From a virus (Duplodnaviria > Heunggongvirae > Uroviricota > Caudoviricetes): 28,749 nucleotides of DNA. The notes beneath the pieces are model-generated. The model made no database searches and had not been told where the DNA came from. It was given only the letters and a program-made list of their open reading frames with translations. The position numbers and the translations under genes are program-made. Shown here one piece after another: positions 8,479 through 17,579 of the stretch; positions within the stretch are counted from its first letter, which is position 1; every line of letters starts with the position of its first letter. The DNA is taken from the IMG/VR virus record IMGVR_UViG_2925914267_000002; one strand, written 5' to 3'.

Positions 8479-9424
8479 ACGCCCACTGGTTATAAACACA
8501 CAGCTTGCGATGAAGATTGGCTTAAATGAAGCCATTGTGTTGCAGCAGTTGCATTACTGGTTGAGAGATACCAATTCCGGCATGGAATGTGATGGTGTTC
8601 GCTGGATTTACAACACAACGGAACAATGGCTGGAACAGTTCCCATTCTGGTCAGAGTCAACGTTAAAGCGCGCGTTTGCAAGTCTGAAAACGCTGGGGCT
8701 TTTGCGTTGTGAAAAGCTCAATAAATCAAAGCGCGATATGACCAATTTCTACACGATTAACTATGGGAGCGAGCTTTTAGATGATGGCAAATTGAGCGAA
8801 TCCATCGGTTCAAAATGCGCCGCTCCATCAGGTCAAAATGACACGATGGAAGAGGTCAAAATGAAACGCTCCATTGGTTCAAAACGACCCAATGTCATCG
8901 GGTCAAAATGGCCCGATGATCCTACAGAGAATACAACAGAGATTACTACAGAGAATAAAAACACTTTTCGTCCGGAAGCTTCGCAACCGGACCCGCAGAC
9001 GGCTGAACAGGATTTTTTAATCCGGCACCCTGGCGCAGTTGTGTTTAGTGCGAAAAAACGCCAGTGGGGTAGCCAGGAGGATCTGGCGTGTGCGCAGTGG
9101 ATATGGGGGCGGATCGTGGGTCTCTACGAACAGGCCGCCAGTGATGATGGCGAGATCATGCGACCAAAAGAGCCTAACTGGACTGTCTGGGCCAATGATG
9201 TGCGCACAATGCGGATGCTGGATGGCAGAAGCCACAGACAAATTTGTGAAATGTTTGGTCGGGTACAGCGGGATCCATTCTGGGTAAAAAACATCATGAG
9301 CCCGTCAAAGCTCCGCGAAAAATGGGACGAACTGGTCATCCGCCTGGGGCGTTCACCTGTACAGCGTTGTGTTAATCATATTTCTGAACCGGATACAGAA
9401 ATTCCGCCTGGTTTCAGAGGATAA
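8459..9424 (+). CDS. Replication initiator (O-like) protein with embedded origin iterons
   Basis: About 321 aa from ATG 8459 (track ORF starts at 8405). N-terminal winged-helix-like region; central part encodes repeated SIGSK/VIGSK peptides that correspond to DNA iterons; start overlaps the preceding gene. Confidence 0.65.
   Translation: MSLLFAERPLVINTQLAMKIGLNEAIVLQQLHYWLRDTNSGMECDGVRWIYNTTEQWLEQFPFWSESTLKRAFASLKTLGLLRCEKLNKSKRDMTNFYTINYGSELLDDGKLSESIGSKCAAPSGQNDTMEEVKMKRSIGSKRPNVIGSKWPDDPTENTTEITTENKNTFRPEASQPDPQTAEQDFLIRHPGAVVFSAKKRQWGSQEDLACAQWIWGRIVGLYEQAASDDGEIMRPKEPNWTVWANDVRTMRMLDGRSHRQICEMFGRVQRDPFWVKNIMSPSKLREKWDELVIRLGRSPVQRCVNHISEPDTEIPPGFRG
8801..8912. repeat. Iteron array (5 direct repeats, 23-24 bp period) = candidate prophage replication origin
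   Basis: Repeats TCCATCGGTTCAAAATG, CATCAGGTCAAAATG, GAAGAGGTCAAAATG, CCATTGGTTCAAAACG and CATCGGGTCAAAATG ending at 8817, 8840, 8863, 8886 and 8910. Followed by an AT-rich stretch with 3 copies of ACAGAGA(A/T)TA (8921-8960). Confidence 0.7.
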
Positions 9425-9464
9425 GTTTTGATTTCAGGTCATGAGGTAATTTTAAGGGGGACTT

Positions 9465-9866
9465 GTGGCAAAAGTTTTTACACAAGAAGAGCGGGAAAAA
9501 ATTAAAGGGCAGGTGGTGGAACTCGTGCGCCAGAGCGGTCGTGAGACGTTACGGCAACTGGAAGCTAAAACAGGTGCGACTAGATATCTGATGAGCGTTC
9601 TTGCCAGAGAGCTGGTAGCCAGTGGCGATGTATACAACTCCGGCTACGGGTTATTCCCGTCTGAACAGGCGCGTAAGGACTGGCAAAACGCCCGCAAAAA
9701 ACTCTCGAGGGCAAAGGTGAAGAAAACAGCTGTGGTTGATCCGGACCTTATCTGGTCGTTACCTGATGGAGAAATACGTCGCTACGACAGTCGCCTAAAC
9801 ATAATCTGTCGCGAGTGCCGGATGAGTGAAGTTATGCAGCGCATACTGGCATTTTATCAGGGATAA
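9465..9866 (+). CDS. Hypothetical protein (GTG start)
   Basis: 133-aa ORF with GTG start 6 nt downstream of AAGGGGGA; follows the O-like gene on the same strand. No family recognised. Confidence 0.5.
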   Translation: MAKVFTQEEREKIKGQVVELVRQSGRETLRQLEAKTGATRYLMSVLARELVASGDVYNSGYGLFPSEQARKDWQNARKKLSRAKVKKTAVVDPDLIWSLPDGEIRRYDSRLNIICRECRMSEVMQRILAFYQG

Positions 9867-10084
9867 TGTTAGGTATTTTAGACGTTACTAGATTAAAAAG
9901 CATTAGTTCAGGAGTGAATTGACATTCTCATTTTTCATGGCACAGGGTAGATCTGGCGTGGTTGTCCGCTTTGTGCCAAAAGCGGACATCGAATAATTTC
10001 AGCAGCACTCAACCTTATTAACCAAATCGCCTCAACTCATATGGACATGCATCCGGAAGTGCCAACTTCGTAAACTTATTCACT

Positions 10085-10435
10085 TTAAGTCTGAGCCTCA
10101 CTCTCTTGGCCATAAGTGGCTTGCCAGTATCTCGCCGTAGGGTTCATTAGAATGTGCAATACAAGCCACCATGCAAAAATGCAGGGAGGTTGATTGTAGT
10201 AACCGGCAGGCACATATCCGTGAGCTAGTTGATTTCGTAAATCACCATAGATTTTATCTACCAGTAAGGCCTGAAGATTGCCAATTATGTCTACGCCGAA
10301 AGCTTCAATAATCAGTGGATTATCTAGTAATCCCTTGAGTCCATTTCGCTCTTGCGAACCGTCCCCGTGAAGCTGCGATGGTTCCTCACCTTTAATTTTA
10401 GCCACATATCTCAGACTATTTTCGATCTGGGGAAT
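10085..10435 (-). pseudogene. C-terminal part of an IS629-disrupted large gene; carries a HEPN-type R-x4-H-G motif
   Basis: Continues in frame from the 11746-13185 ORF once IS629 and one AAT repeat are removed (junction ...CHVLI-PQIENSLRY-VAKIKGEE...). Contains DLRNQLAHGY. Confidence 0.6.
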
Positions 10436-10489
10436 TGAACCGCCCCGGAAATCCTGGAGACTAAACTCCCTGAGAAAGAGGTAAACAGG

Positions 10490-10816
10490 ATGACTAAAAA
10501 TACTCGTTTTTCCCCCGAAGTCCGTCAGCGGGCGATTCGTATGGTTCTGGAAAGTCAGGATGAATATGACTCACAGTGGGCGGCAATTTGTTCCATTGCC
10601 CCAAAGATTGGCTGTACGCCGGAGACTCTGCGTGTCTGGGTTCGCCAGCATGAGCGGGATACCGGGGGCGGTGATGGTGGGCTCACCAGTGCTGAACGTC
10701 AGCGTCTGAAAGAGCTGGAACGTGAAAATCGTGAACTGCGCCGCAGTAACGATATCCTTCGCCAGGCTTCCGCTTATTTTGCGAAGGCGGAGTTCGACCG
10801 CCTCTGGAAAAAATGA
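10490..10816 (+). CDS. IS629 transposase OrfA
   Basis: 108-aa [26 protein letters not shown]..., typical IS3-family OrfA. Confidence 0.9.
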   Translation: MTKNTRFSPEVRQRAIRMVLESQDEYDSQWAAICSIAPKIGCTPETLRVWVRQHERDTGGGDGGLTSAERQRLKELERENRELRRSNDILRQASAYFAKAEFDRLWKK

Positions 10817-11703
10817 TGCCACTGCTGGATAAGCTGCGTGAGCAGTACGGGGTCGGACCGGTATGCAGCGAACTGCATATTGCCCCGTCAACGTATTACC
10901 ATTGTCAGCAACAGCGACATCATCCGGATAAACGCAGTGCCCGTGCGCAGCACGACGACTGGCTGAAGAGAGAGATACAGCGCGTATACGATGAAAATCA
11001 TCAGGTGTACGGTGTGCGTAAAGTCTGGCGTCAGTTGTTACGGGAAGGAATCAGGGTAGCCAGATGTACAGTGGCGCGCCTCATGGCGGTTATGGGACTT
11101 GCCGGTGTTCTCCGGGGTAAAAAGGTCCGCACTACCGTCAGCCGGAAAGCCGTTGCCGCAGGCGACCGCGTAAACCGTCAGTTTGTGGCAGAACGACCTG
11201 ACCAGCTGTGGGTGGCTGATTTTACTTACGTCAGCACATGGCAGGGCTTCGTCTATGTGGCGTTTATCATTGATGTGTTTGCCGGATACATCGTGGGGTG
11301 GCGGGTCTCATCGTCTATGGAAACGACATTCGTGCTGGATGCGCTGGAGCAGGCGTTGTGGGCCCGTCGTCCGTCTGGCACCATCCATCACAGCGATAAA
11401 GGCTCTCAGTATGTGTCACTGGCCTATACGGAGCGACTAAAAGAAGCCGGATTACTGGCATCAACAGGGAGTACAGGCGACTCGTATGACAACGCGATGG
11501 CTGAGAGCATCAATGGTCTTTACAAAGCGGAGGTAATACACCGTAAGAGCTGGAAAAACCGTGCAGAAGTGGAACTGGCCACACTAACGTGGGTGGACTG
11601 GTATAACAATCGACGATTGCTGGGAAGGCTGGGCCATACTCCTCCGGCAGAAGCAGAAAAAGCTTATTATGCTTCCATCGGAAACGATGATCTGGCAGCC
11701 TGA
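10813..11703 (+). CDS. IS629 transposase OrfB (DDE domain)
   Basis: 296-aa ORF overlapping orfA (ATGA); DDE-type motifs [25 protein letters not shown]. Confidence 0.9.
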   Translation: MMPLLDKLREQYGVGPVCSELHIAPSTYYHCQQQRHHPDKRSARAQHDDWLKREIQRVYDENHQVYGVRKVWRQLLREGIRVARCTVARLMAVMGLAGVLRGKKVRTTVSRKAVAAGDRVNRQFVAERPDQLWVADFTYVSTWQGFVYVAFIIDVFAGYIVGWRVSSSMETTFVLDALEQALWARRPSGTIHHSDKGSQYVSLAYTERLKEAGLLASTGSTGDSYDNAMAESINGLYKAEVIHRKSWKNRAEVELATLTWVDWYNNRRLLGRLGHTPPAEAEKAYYASIGNDDLAA

Positions 11704-11745
11704 GTTCACAGATAAAACACTCTCCAGGAAACCCGGGGCGGTTCA

Positions 11746-13185
11746 AATCAACACGTGGCATGCCGTCATAAAATCTCCATTGAAACCGCAAACCATACCC
11801 TTGATGAAAAACTCTTCATGCCCAAACGGGATGAAGGGATGATTGATGAACATATCGCGAAAAAACGCCTCCGAGATTGGATATTTCATTGTGATCTCAT
11901 CTGTAGCAGGAATAATTTGCCCAGCTACTGCCAACTCATGGTCGATACGCATTCTCGTCATCATTATGGGCCAAATAACTGCCCCATTTGCATCATCAAT
12001 CCCCAATCCTGCGGGTATGTGAGCAAGTGTCATTCCCTCATGATCAATATGTGTTGATCCAAACATCCAAGCTATGCTGTTGGCCTTTTGTTCTATTGCT
12101 TGAGCCTTAAGTCTCTCAATGCTGGTTGGCCGACAGACCAGCATCGCAAGTCTGAAAACCATATCAAACAAATCTCTTCCGACTACCCGACTCTTGGCTT
12201 GATGGACAATCTCACTAATATCTTGAGGGGGAGACTGAAGGATAGACATCTGGTGACGGGATTCGATTTGGTAATCACGCATTTCTTCATACAGCGCAAG
12301 ACGTTCTATTCGGGTTCCTGGAATATTAGCCAGTGCTTCAATAGCATTCTGCATGCAGGCTGCCGAAATCATACCGCCATCTTGGAATTTTGACTCTTCC
12401 AGATGTGTATCGGCAAGAAGCCGCCAGAATTCAAACTGTGTATCTCTGTCACAGCACCTATTCGCAATCGGGATTGCGGTTTTACAGGCATCGACGGCAA
12501 ATGAAAATAATTTTTGAGCCAGATAGTTTTTTGTCAGAAACAGGAGTTCCTGGGCAATAAAAGATGGCTCACTCACTTTACAGTCGATATCGAGTTGCAG
12601 GAGTCGCAGCGGATAAGGTGAATCGCCTTGTTCTCTGGTACGTTCATACTCTGCTAGTAGATGTGCCGAAAGCTGATCAAATTCATCCCTGAAATCAGTA
12701 TTCTTTCGAAAAAAACAACACAGCCTAAGCGCACGCTCTAGGCGTTCTAAAGCACTAACCCACGTCCCTTGCGATGTCATAATAGCTATACTGGACGCAT
12801 AATAAGCACGGACTGCCAGCAAAGGAAAACGGATTCCACCAATTTTACGAACCCAAAGTGTATCAGCAATACGAGCTTGAAGTTCGGGTAGCTCTATCGT
12901 CGGGCAAAATTGAGAAAGTACCTCCAGCGACAACCCGTTAATGTCATCCGGAATTGCAGATCTACCTTGGCTGCTTTGAAAGCACGGACCAAATGGTACC
13001 TGTGGATTTTCGGGACGAAAGTGAAAACCGCAAATATGGGTTAGCAGTCTTATCTCCGCTCTTCCATCACCTAGGCTAGAAAGATACTTTGTGATATCAA
13101 AGCAGGTAACTGGCAGCTTACTCTGGATTAAGGGGGATAAATCAATAGTGTTAAGTTCGTCGAGGCTGATATTAATATCGTCCAT
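11746..13185 (-). pseudogene. N-terminal 480 codons of the IS629-disrupted HEPN-motif gene
   Basis: The 480-aa track ORF ends on a stop codon located inside the IS629 right end (11743-11745), so the native reading frame continues beyond the IS. No NTPase motif seen. Confidence 0.6.
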
Positions 13186-13859
13186 GTCGTCACCTTGATG
13201 ATTTGTTAATGCGGGGGCAACATTAATAAATGTACTTGAGACCGCAATTTGTCGATGGAGCCAACATTTATAACTATGTGCTTCTACCCTCTGAATTTTT
13301 ACATGTGAATTGCTAGCTTGAATAGCTCTATCATTATATACGTGGCACTAAATTATGGCTGTTTTTCGCTCAAAGCGGACTAGAAGGTTAGCTTGTGTCG
13401 GACTTTGCGTATTAAAAGAAGTGCTGGTGGTGACTAGTGGTTGTGCCCCATTTCCACAGAAAAAATCAGAGAAACTATACCCAATAGTTGTATTGAATCA
13501 CTGACGAGACAGCCTCATATTCATCAGGACTGGTCTACGTCCAATACAGGAGGTTGTGGTGCTGGTTCTCAAATGTGCGCTGGCTATTACGGCTGTAATG
13601 GCGATTTATTGTCTTGCTATTGTTCTTATGGATCGCCTTTCTGACTGATTTCATATTGGCGAGGTAACGGTAGTTAAGTAGAATGGCTGCGGGTGCTTGA
13701 GGCTATCTGCCTCGGGCATGAACACCAAAGGCAGATAGAGAAAAGCCCCAGTTAACATTACGCGTCCTGCAAGACGCTTAACATTAATCTGAGGCCAATT
13801 TCATGCTAGACACATGTAGGTTAGCCTCTTACGTGCCGAAAGGCAAGGAGAAGCAGGCT

Positions 13860-14015
13860 ATGAAGCAGCAAAAGGCGATGTTAATCGCCCTGATCGTCAT
13901 CTGTTTAACCGTCATAGTGACGGCACTGGTAACGAGGAAAGACCTCTGCGAGGTACGAATCCGAACCGGCCAGACGGAGGTCGCTGTCTTCACAGCTTAC
14001 GAACCTGAGGAGTAA
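13860..14015 (+). CDS. hokD: Hok-family type I toxin (HokD/RelF-like)
   Basis: 51-aa product MKQQKAMLIALIVICLTVIVTALVTRKDLCEVRIRTGQTEVAVFTAYEPEE from ATG 13860 (RBS AAGGAGAA); single TM helix; matches HokD/RelF as I recall it. An in-frame ATG at 13803 extends the frame by 19 codons. Confidence 0.9.
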   Translation: MKQQKAMLIALIVICLTVIVTALVTRKDLCEVRIRTGQTEVAVFTAYEPEE

Positions 14016-14083
14016 GAGACCCGGCGAGGGAGAAATCCCTCGCCACCTCTGATGTGGCAGGCATCCTCAACGCACCCGCACTT

Positions 14084-14114
14084 AACCCGCTTCGGCGGGT
14101 TTTTGTTTTTATTT
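14084..14114 (+). terminator. Rho-independent terminator at the 3' end of the hok transcript
   Basis: CCCGC-TTCG-GCGGG hairpin followed by TTTTTGTTTTTATTTT. A second hairpin (CGAGGGAGAAATCCCTCG, about 14030-14048) lies just downstream of the hok stop. Confidence 0.6.
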
Positions 14115-14231
14115 TCAACGCGTTTGAAGATCTGGACGGTGCCGGAATAGAATCAAAAATACTTAAGTAGCGCGCAGGGATAAGAGGGATGGTCCCTTAA
14201 AGGGGAGAGCTAATTATCCGGAAGGATTCTG

Positions 14232-14483
14232 ATGATGAACATCGAAGAACTGCGTAAAATTTTTTGTGAAGATGGCCTCTATGCTGTGTGCGTTGAAAAT
14301 GGAAATCTTGTTAGTCATTACCGCATTATGTGTTTGCGAAAGAATGGGGCTGCGTTAATTAATTTTGTGGATGGTCGAGTGACAGACAGATTTATCTTGC
14401 GCGAAGGTGAGTTTGTCACTTCATTACAGGCACTGAAAGAGATCGGAATAAAAGCAGGCTTTTCAGCTTTTGCAGAAGAATAA
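14232..14483 (+). CDS. rem: Rem-like prophage protein
   Basis: 83-aa ORF MMNIEELRKIFCEDGLYAV... located directly after hokD as in K-12 Qin (rem-hokD neighbourhood, from memory). Confidence 0.6.
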   Translation: MMNIEELRKIFCEDGLYAVCVENGNLVSHYRIMCLRKNGAALINFVDGRVTDRFILREGEFVTSLQALKEIGIKAGFSAFAEE

Positions 14484-14549
14484 ACTCATCTACAATCTTG
14501 CGCGGGGCTGAACTCCCGCTGAGTAACACCGTGCCACCGGAGAAAACCG

Positions 14550-14828
14550 ATGGCACGCAACGTAAAATATTACAATTCTGATAATTCGCCCGTTCTTGCC
14601 TGCACGCACGAGCGGTATTCTCACGCATTCAAGTCTGAATGGTTCCAACACCCTCCATGCACTGAAGAGCAGGCTGAATGGATAATTCAGTGTTACCGCA
14701 GGCGCGGATACGAGGTTAAGAAAGCCCTTAGTCTCGACTACCGTCACTGGATAATCTCAGTCAGATTGCCTTACTCCGAACGCCCACCACGTGCGTCCCG
14801 CACTTTCCAGCAACGGATCTGGAGGTAA
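14550..14828 (+). CDS. Hypothetical protein, translationally coupled to ydfU
   Basis: 92-aa ORF with RBS GGAGAAAACCG before the ATG. Its stop TAA (14826-14828) sits between the ydfU RBS GGAGG and the ydfU GTG start at 14830. Confidence 0.5.
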   Translation: MARNVKYYNSDNSPVLACTHERYSHAFKSEWFQHPPCTEEQAEWIIQCYRRRGYEVKKALSLDYRHWIISVRLPYSERPPRASRTFQQRIWR

Positions 14829-14829
14829 C

Positions 14830-15879
14830 GTGCGGGTATTACTTAGACCTGTTCTGGTGCCTGAGCTTGGGCTGGTGGTCCTTAAGCCGGGCCGTGAATC
14901 CATACAGATATTTCATAATCCTCGAGTGCTGGTGGAACCGGAACCAAAAAGCATGCGTAATCTGCCATCAGGAGTCGTTCCTGCCGTTGGCCAGCCGCTG
15001 GCGGAAGACAAAACATTGCTGCCGTTTTTTAGTAACGAACGGGTGATTCGTGCTGCTGGCGGCGTTGGCTCATTGTCTGACTGGCTATTACGTCATGTTA
15101 CATCCTGCCAGTGGCCTAATGGCGATTACCATCACACTGAAACAGTCATTCACCGTTATGGTACCGGCGCAATGGTGTTGTGTTGGCACTGCGACAACCA
15201 ACTGCGTGACCAGACATCGGAATCACTGGAGCTGCTTGCTCAACAAAATCTGACAGCATGGGTGATTGACGTCATCCGTCACGCAATAAGCGGTACGCAG
15301 GAGCGGGAATTATCTTTGGCTGAATTATCCTGGTGGGCGGTCTGCAATCAGGTGGTGGATGCACTACCTGAGGCTGTATCGCGTCGTTCGCTGGGATTAC
15401 CAGCGGAAAAAATCTGCTCGGTGTACCGCGAAAGCGACATCGTACCGGGAGAGCAGACCGCCACCAGCATATTGAAACAACGCTCAAAAAATCTTGCACC
15501 GTTGCCTTACGCCCACCAGCAACAAAAACTACCACAGGAAAAGACGGTGGTAAGCATCACCGTTGATCCAGAGTCTCCGGAATCTTTCATGAAGCTGCCT
15601 AAACGTCGCCGCTGGGTTAAGGAGAAATACACACGTTGGGTTAAGACACAGCCGTGTGCTTGCTGCGGTATGCCAGCCGACGATCCGCATCATCTGATTG
15701 GTCACGGGCAGGGCGGAATGGGAACAAAAGCACATGATCTCTTTGTGTTGCCTTTGTGCAGAAAGCATCACAACGAGCTGCATACGGATACAGTGGCATT
15801 TGAAGAGAAGTATGGCTCCCAACTGGAGCTGATATTTCGTTTTATCGATCGCGCGCTGGCAATTGGCGTACTGGCGTAA
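14830..15879 (+). CDS. ydfU: YdfU-like (DUF968-type) protein with C-terminal HNH-like Cys/His motif
   Basis: 349 aa from GTG 14830 (track ORF begins 13 codons upstream at an ATG lacking an RBS). C-terminus CACCGMPADDPHHLIGHGQGG...CRKHHNELH. Confidence 0.7.
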   Translation: MRVLLRPVLVPELGLVVLKPGRESIQIFHNPRVLVEPEPKSMRNLPSGVVPAVGQPLAEDKTLLPFFSNERVIRAAGGVGSLSDWLLRHVTSCQWPNGDYHHTETVIHRYGTGAMVLCWHCDNQLRDQTSESLELLAQQNLTAWVIDVIRHAISGTQERELSLAELSWWAVCNQVVDALPEAVSRRSLGLPAEKICSVYRESDIVPGEQTATSILKQRSKNLAPLPYAHQQQKLPQEKTVVSITVDPESPESFMKLPKRRRWVKEKYTRWVKTQPCACCGMPADDPHHLIGHGQGGMGTKAHDLFVLPLCRKHHNELHTDTVAFEEKYGSQLELIFRFIDRALAIGVLA

Positions 15880-15892
15880 GTGGAGAACGAGC

Positions 15893-16645
15893 ATGAACCT
15901 TGAAGCCTTACCAAAATATTACTCCCCAAAATCTCCAAAATTGAGCGATGACGCTCCAGCGACAGGCACCGGTTGTTTAACAATTACGGATGTAATGGCA
16001 GCGCAGGGGATGGTGCAGTCGAAAGCACCACTTGGGTTGGCCTTATTTCTGGCAAAAGTTGGTGTTCAGGACCCTCAGTTTGCGATTGAAGGCCTGCTAA
16101 ATTACGCGATGGCACTGGATAACCAGACATTGAACAAATTGAGTGAAGAAATCCGGTTACAGATTATTCCTTACCTCGTGAGTTTTGCCTTTGCTGATTA
16201 CTCCAGGTCTGCGGCAAGTAAGGCTCGCTGTGAGCATTGTTCAGGTACGGGATTTTATAATGTATTGCGCGAAGTGGTGAAACACTACAGACGCGGGGAA
16301 TCTGTAATCAAGGAAGAATGGGTGAAGGAACTATGTCAGCATTGCCATGGTAAGGGCGAAGCCAGCACAGCGTGCAGAGGGTGTAAGGGTAAAGGGATTG
16401 TTCTGGATGAAAAAAGAACCCGGTTTCATGGCGTACCGGTATATAAGATTTGTGGGCGTTGTAATGGAAACCGGTTTAGTCGTTTACCGACCACGCTGGC
16501 ACGACGTCATGTCCAGAAGCTGGTACCAGACCTGACCGATTATCAGTGGTATAAGGGGTATGCGGACGTCATTGGTAAACTGGTAACAAAGTGCTGGCAG
16601 GAAGAAGCATACGCGGAAGCGCAATTGAGGAAGGTGACGAGATAA
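15893..16645 (+). CDS. quuQ: Late-gene antiterminator Q (phage 82/21-type)
   Basis: 250 aa from internal Met (MNLEALPKYYSPKSPK...); Cys-rich zinc-binding region (CEHCSGTG, CQHCHGKG, CRGCKGKG, CGRCNG); followed about 100 bp downstream by a strong terminator, as expected for pR'-tR'. Confidence 0.85.
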   Translation: MNLEALPKYYSPKSPKLSDDAPATGTGCLTITDVMAAQGMVQSKAPLGLALFLAKVGVQDPQFAIEGLLNYAMALDNQTLNKLSEEIRLQIIPYLVSFAFADYSRSAASKARCEHCSGTGFYNVLREVVKHYRRGESVIKEEWVKELCQHCHGKGEASTACRGCKGKGIVLDEKRTRFHGVPVYKICGRCNGNRFSRLPTTLARRHVQKLVPDLTDYQWYKGYADVIGKLVTKCWQEEAYAEAQLRKVTR

Positions 16646-16750
16646 ATGATTTTTGCTGAAGATGGCGACATGATGTTTGCATTTTTCAAAAAATATGGAT
16701 AAAATTTTTTCAACGATGGGCTTTGTATACCCGACGTTAAGAAAAAGTAG

Positions 16751-16780
16751 AAAACCCGCTGATGAGCGGGTTTTGTGCTT
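16751..16780 (+). terminator. Rho-independent terminator downstream of Q (tR'-like)
   Basis: AAAACCCGCT-GATG-AGCGGGTTTTGTGCTTT: 6-bp GC-rich stem, 4-nt loop, T-run. Confidence 0.6.
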
Positions 16781-17066
16781 TAAATGGGGCAATGGTAATG
16801 TTGAATCTCATCCCGGGACTCATGTCTGTTAACTTATTATTTAGCTGGTGACTTGGTTATTTGCCTGATGTTTAAAATGTTTTCTTCCAGTACAATGTCC
16901 CTAAACACAATGAGTCTGCTTATTATATTATTAGCAGAGCTATTACGGCCAAAGTACAGCATAAGCTTTTAAAGCCAATCAACCAGTCATCAAGACAGAC
17001 GGGGTTATTCATAAAAACTCTCCATGTGTGATCCGATGGGGCCTGAAATTAAAGCTTTAATATAGC

Positions 17067-17279
17067 TCATGAAAGGTAAACATTGGCAGCTGAAGGGCCA
17101 CGCAGACCATTTATCCGGCAAAATTCCACGCGTAATCCGGTGGTAATTTCTTCTGCATCGCGGAGATTGAGCGCTGAAACATGAAGCTGGACATCGATAC
17201 GACCATCGGATGGGGTGATAAGACCCTTGCCGCTTTTGCCGTCAAAGGTTTTGACAATTCCTGTCATTTTACGGGACAA
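17067..17279 (-). CDS. cspF: Cold-shock protein CspF (CspF/CspH subfamily)
   Basis: 70-aa [29 protein letters not shown]... with CSD fold signature; divergent from cspB as in K-12 Qin. Confidence 0.8.
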
Positions 17280-17579
17280 AAAAATTCCTTAATACTGATA
17301 ACTTGGCGCACTATACACACGTTCCTGAAGAAAGCTATAGTTTTTTGATGGGGTTGAAGATGGCTGGATGTCTAAAATAAACATTGCTTCATATGTTCAA
17401 CTATGCGTTAATGATTGCGTCGGTTTGAAGAACAGACGATATACGAAGTAGTTTACTAAAGCAGTTCTCATTTCAGGTGTTATTCACTTATTCCTTCTTT
17501 GAGTCTCTCCAATTAAGTACGAAGTCGTTTCTGTTATGCAAACCATTTATGCCGAAAGGCTCAAGTTAAGGAATGTAGA

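Larger units (their letters stand above)
10436..11745 (+). mobile_element. IS629 (IS3 family), 1310 bp
   Basis: Ends TGAACCGCCCCGG...CCGGGGCGGTTCA; orfA and orfB overlap; 3-bp direct repeats AAT at 10433-10435 and 11746-11748. Length matches IS629/IS1203. Confidence 0.9.

Noticed and set aside
8801-8960. Regularly spaced short direct repeats that might suggest a CRISPR array
   Set aside because: Repeats are about 15 bp at 23-bp spacing inside a coding region with no cas genes; the pattern fits replication-origin iterons instead.
9964-9986. Hairpin GTCCGCTTT-GTGCC-AAAGCGGAC between the convergent 133-aa gene and the HEPN-motif gene
   Set aside because: A good 9-bp stem but no flanking U-tract on either strand, so I did not call it as an intrinsic terminator.
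13441-13644. 67-aa track ORF with a Cys/Gly-rich C-terminus (…GGCGAGSQMCAGYYGCNGDLLSCYCSYGSPF) that looks superficially like a microcin or bacteriocin precursor
   Set aside because: No RBS at its ATG and no double-glycine leader consensus. The same DNA in another frame carries the SD-preceded hydrophobic mini-ORF, and the region is more plausibly promoter or leader sequence; composition alone is not evidence.
13186-13860. relBE toxin-antitoxin genes expected beside hokD by analogy with K-12 Qin
   Set aside because: No RelE- or RelB-like ORF exists in this interval or elsewhere in the window; the slot is occupied by the IS629-disrupted gene.
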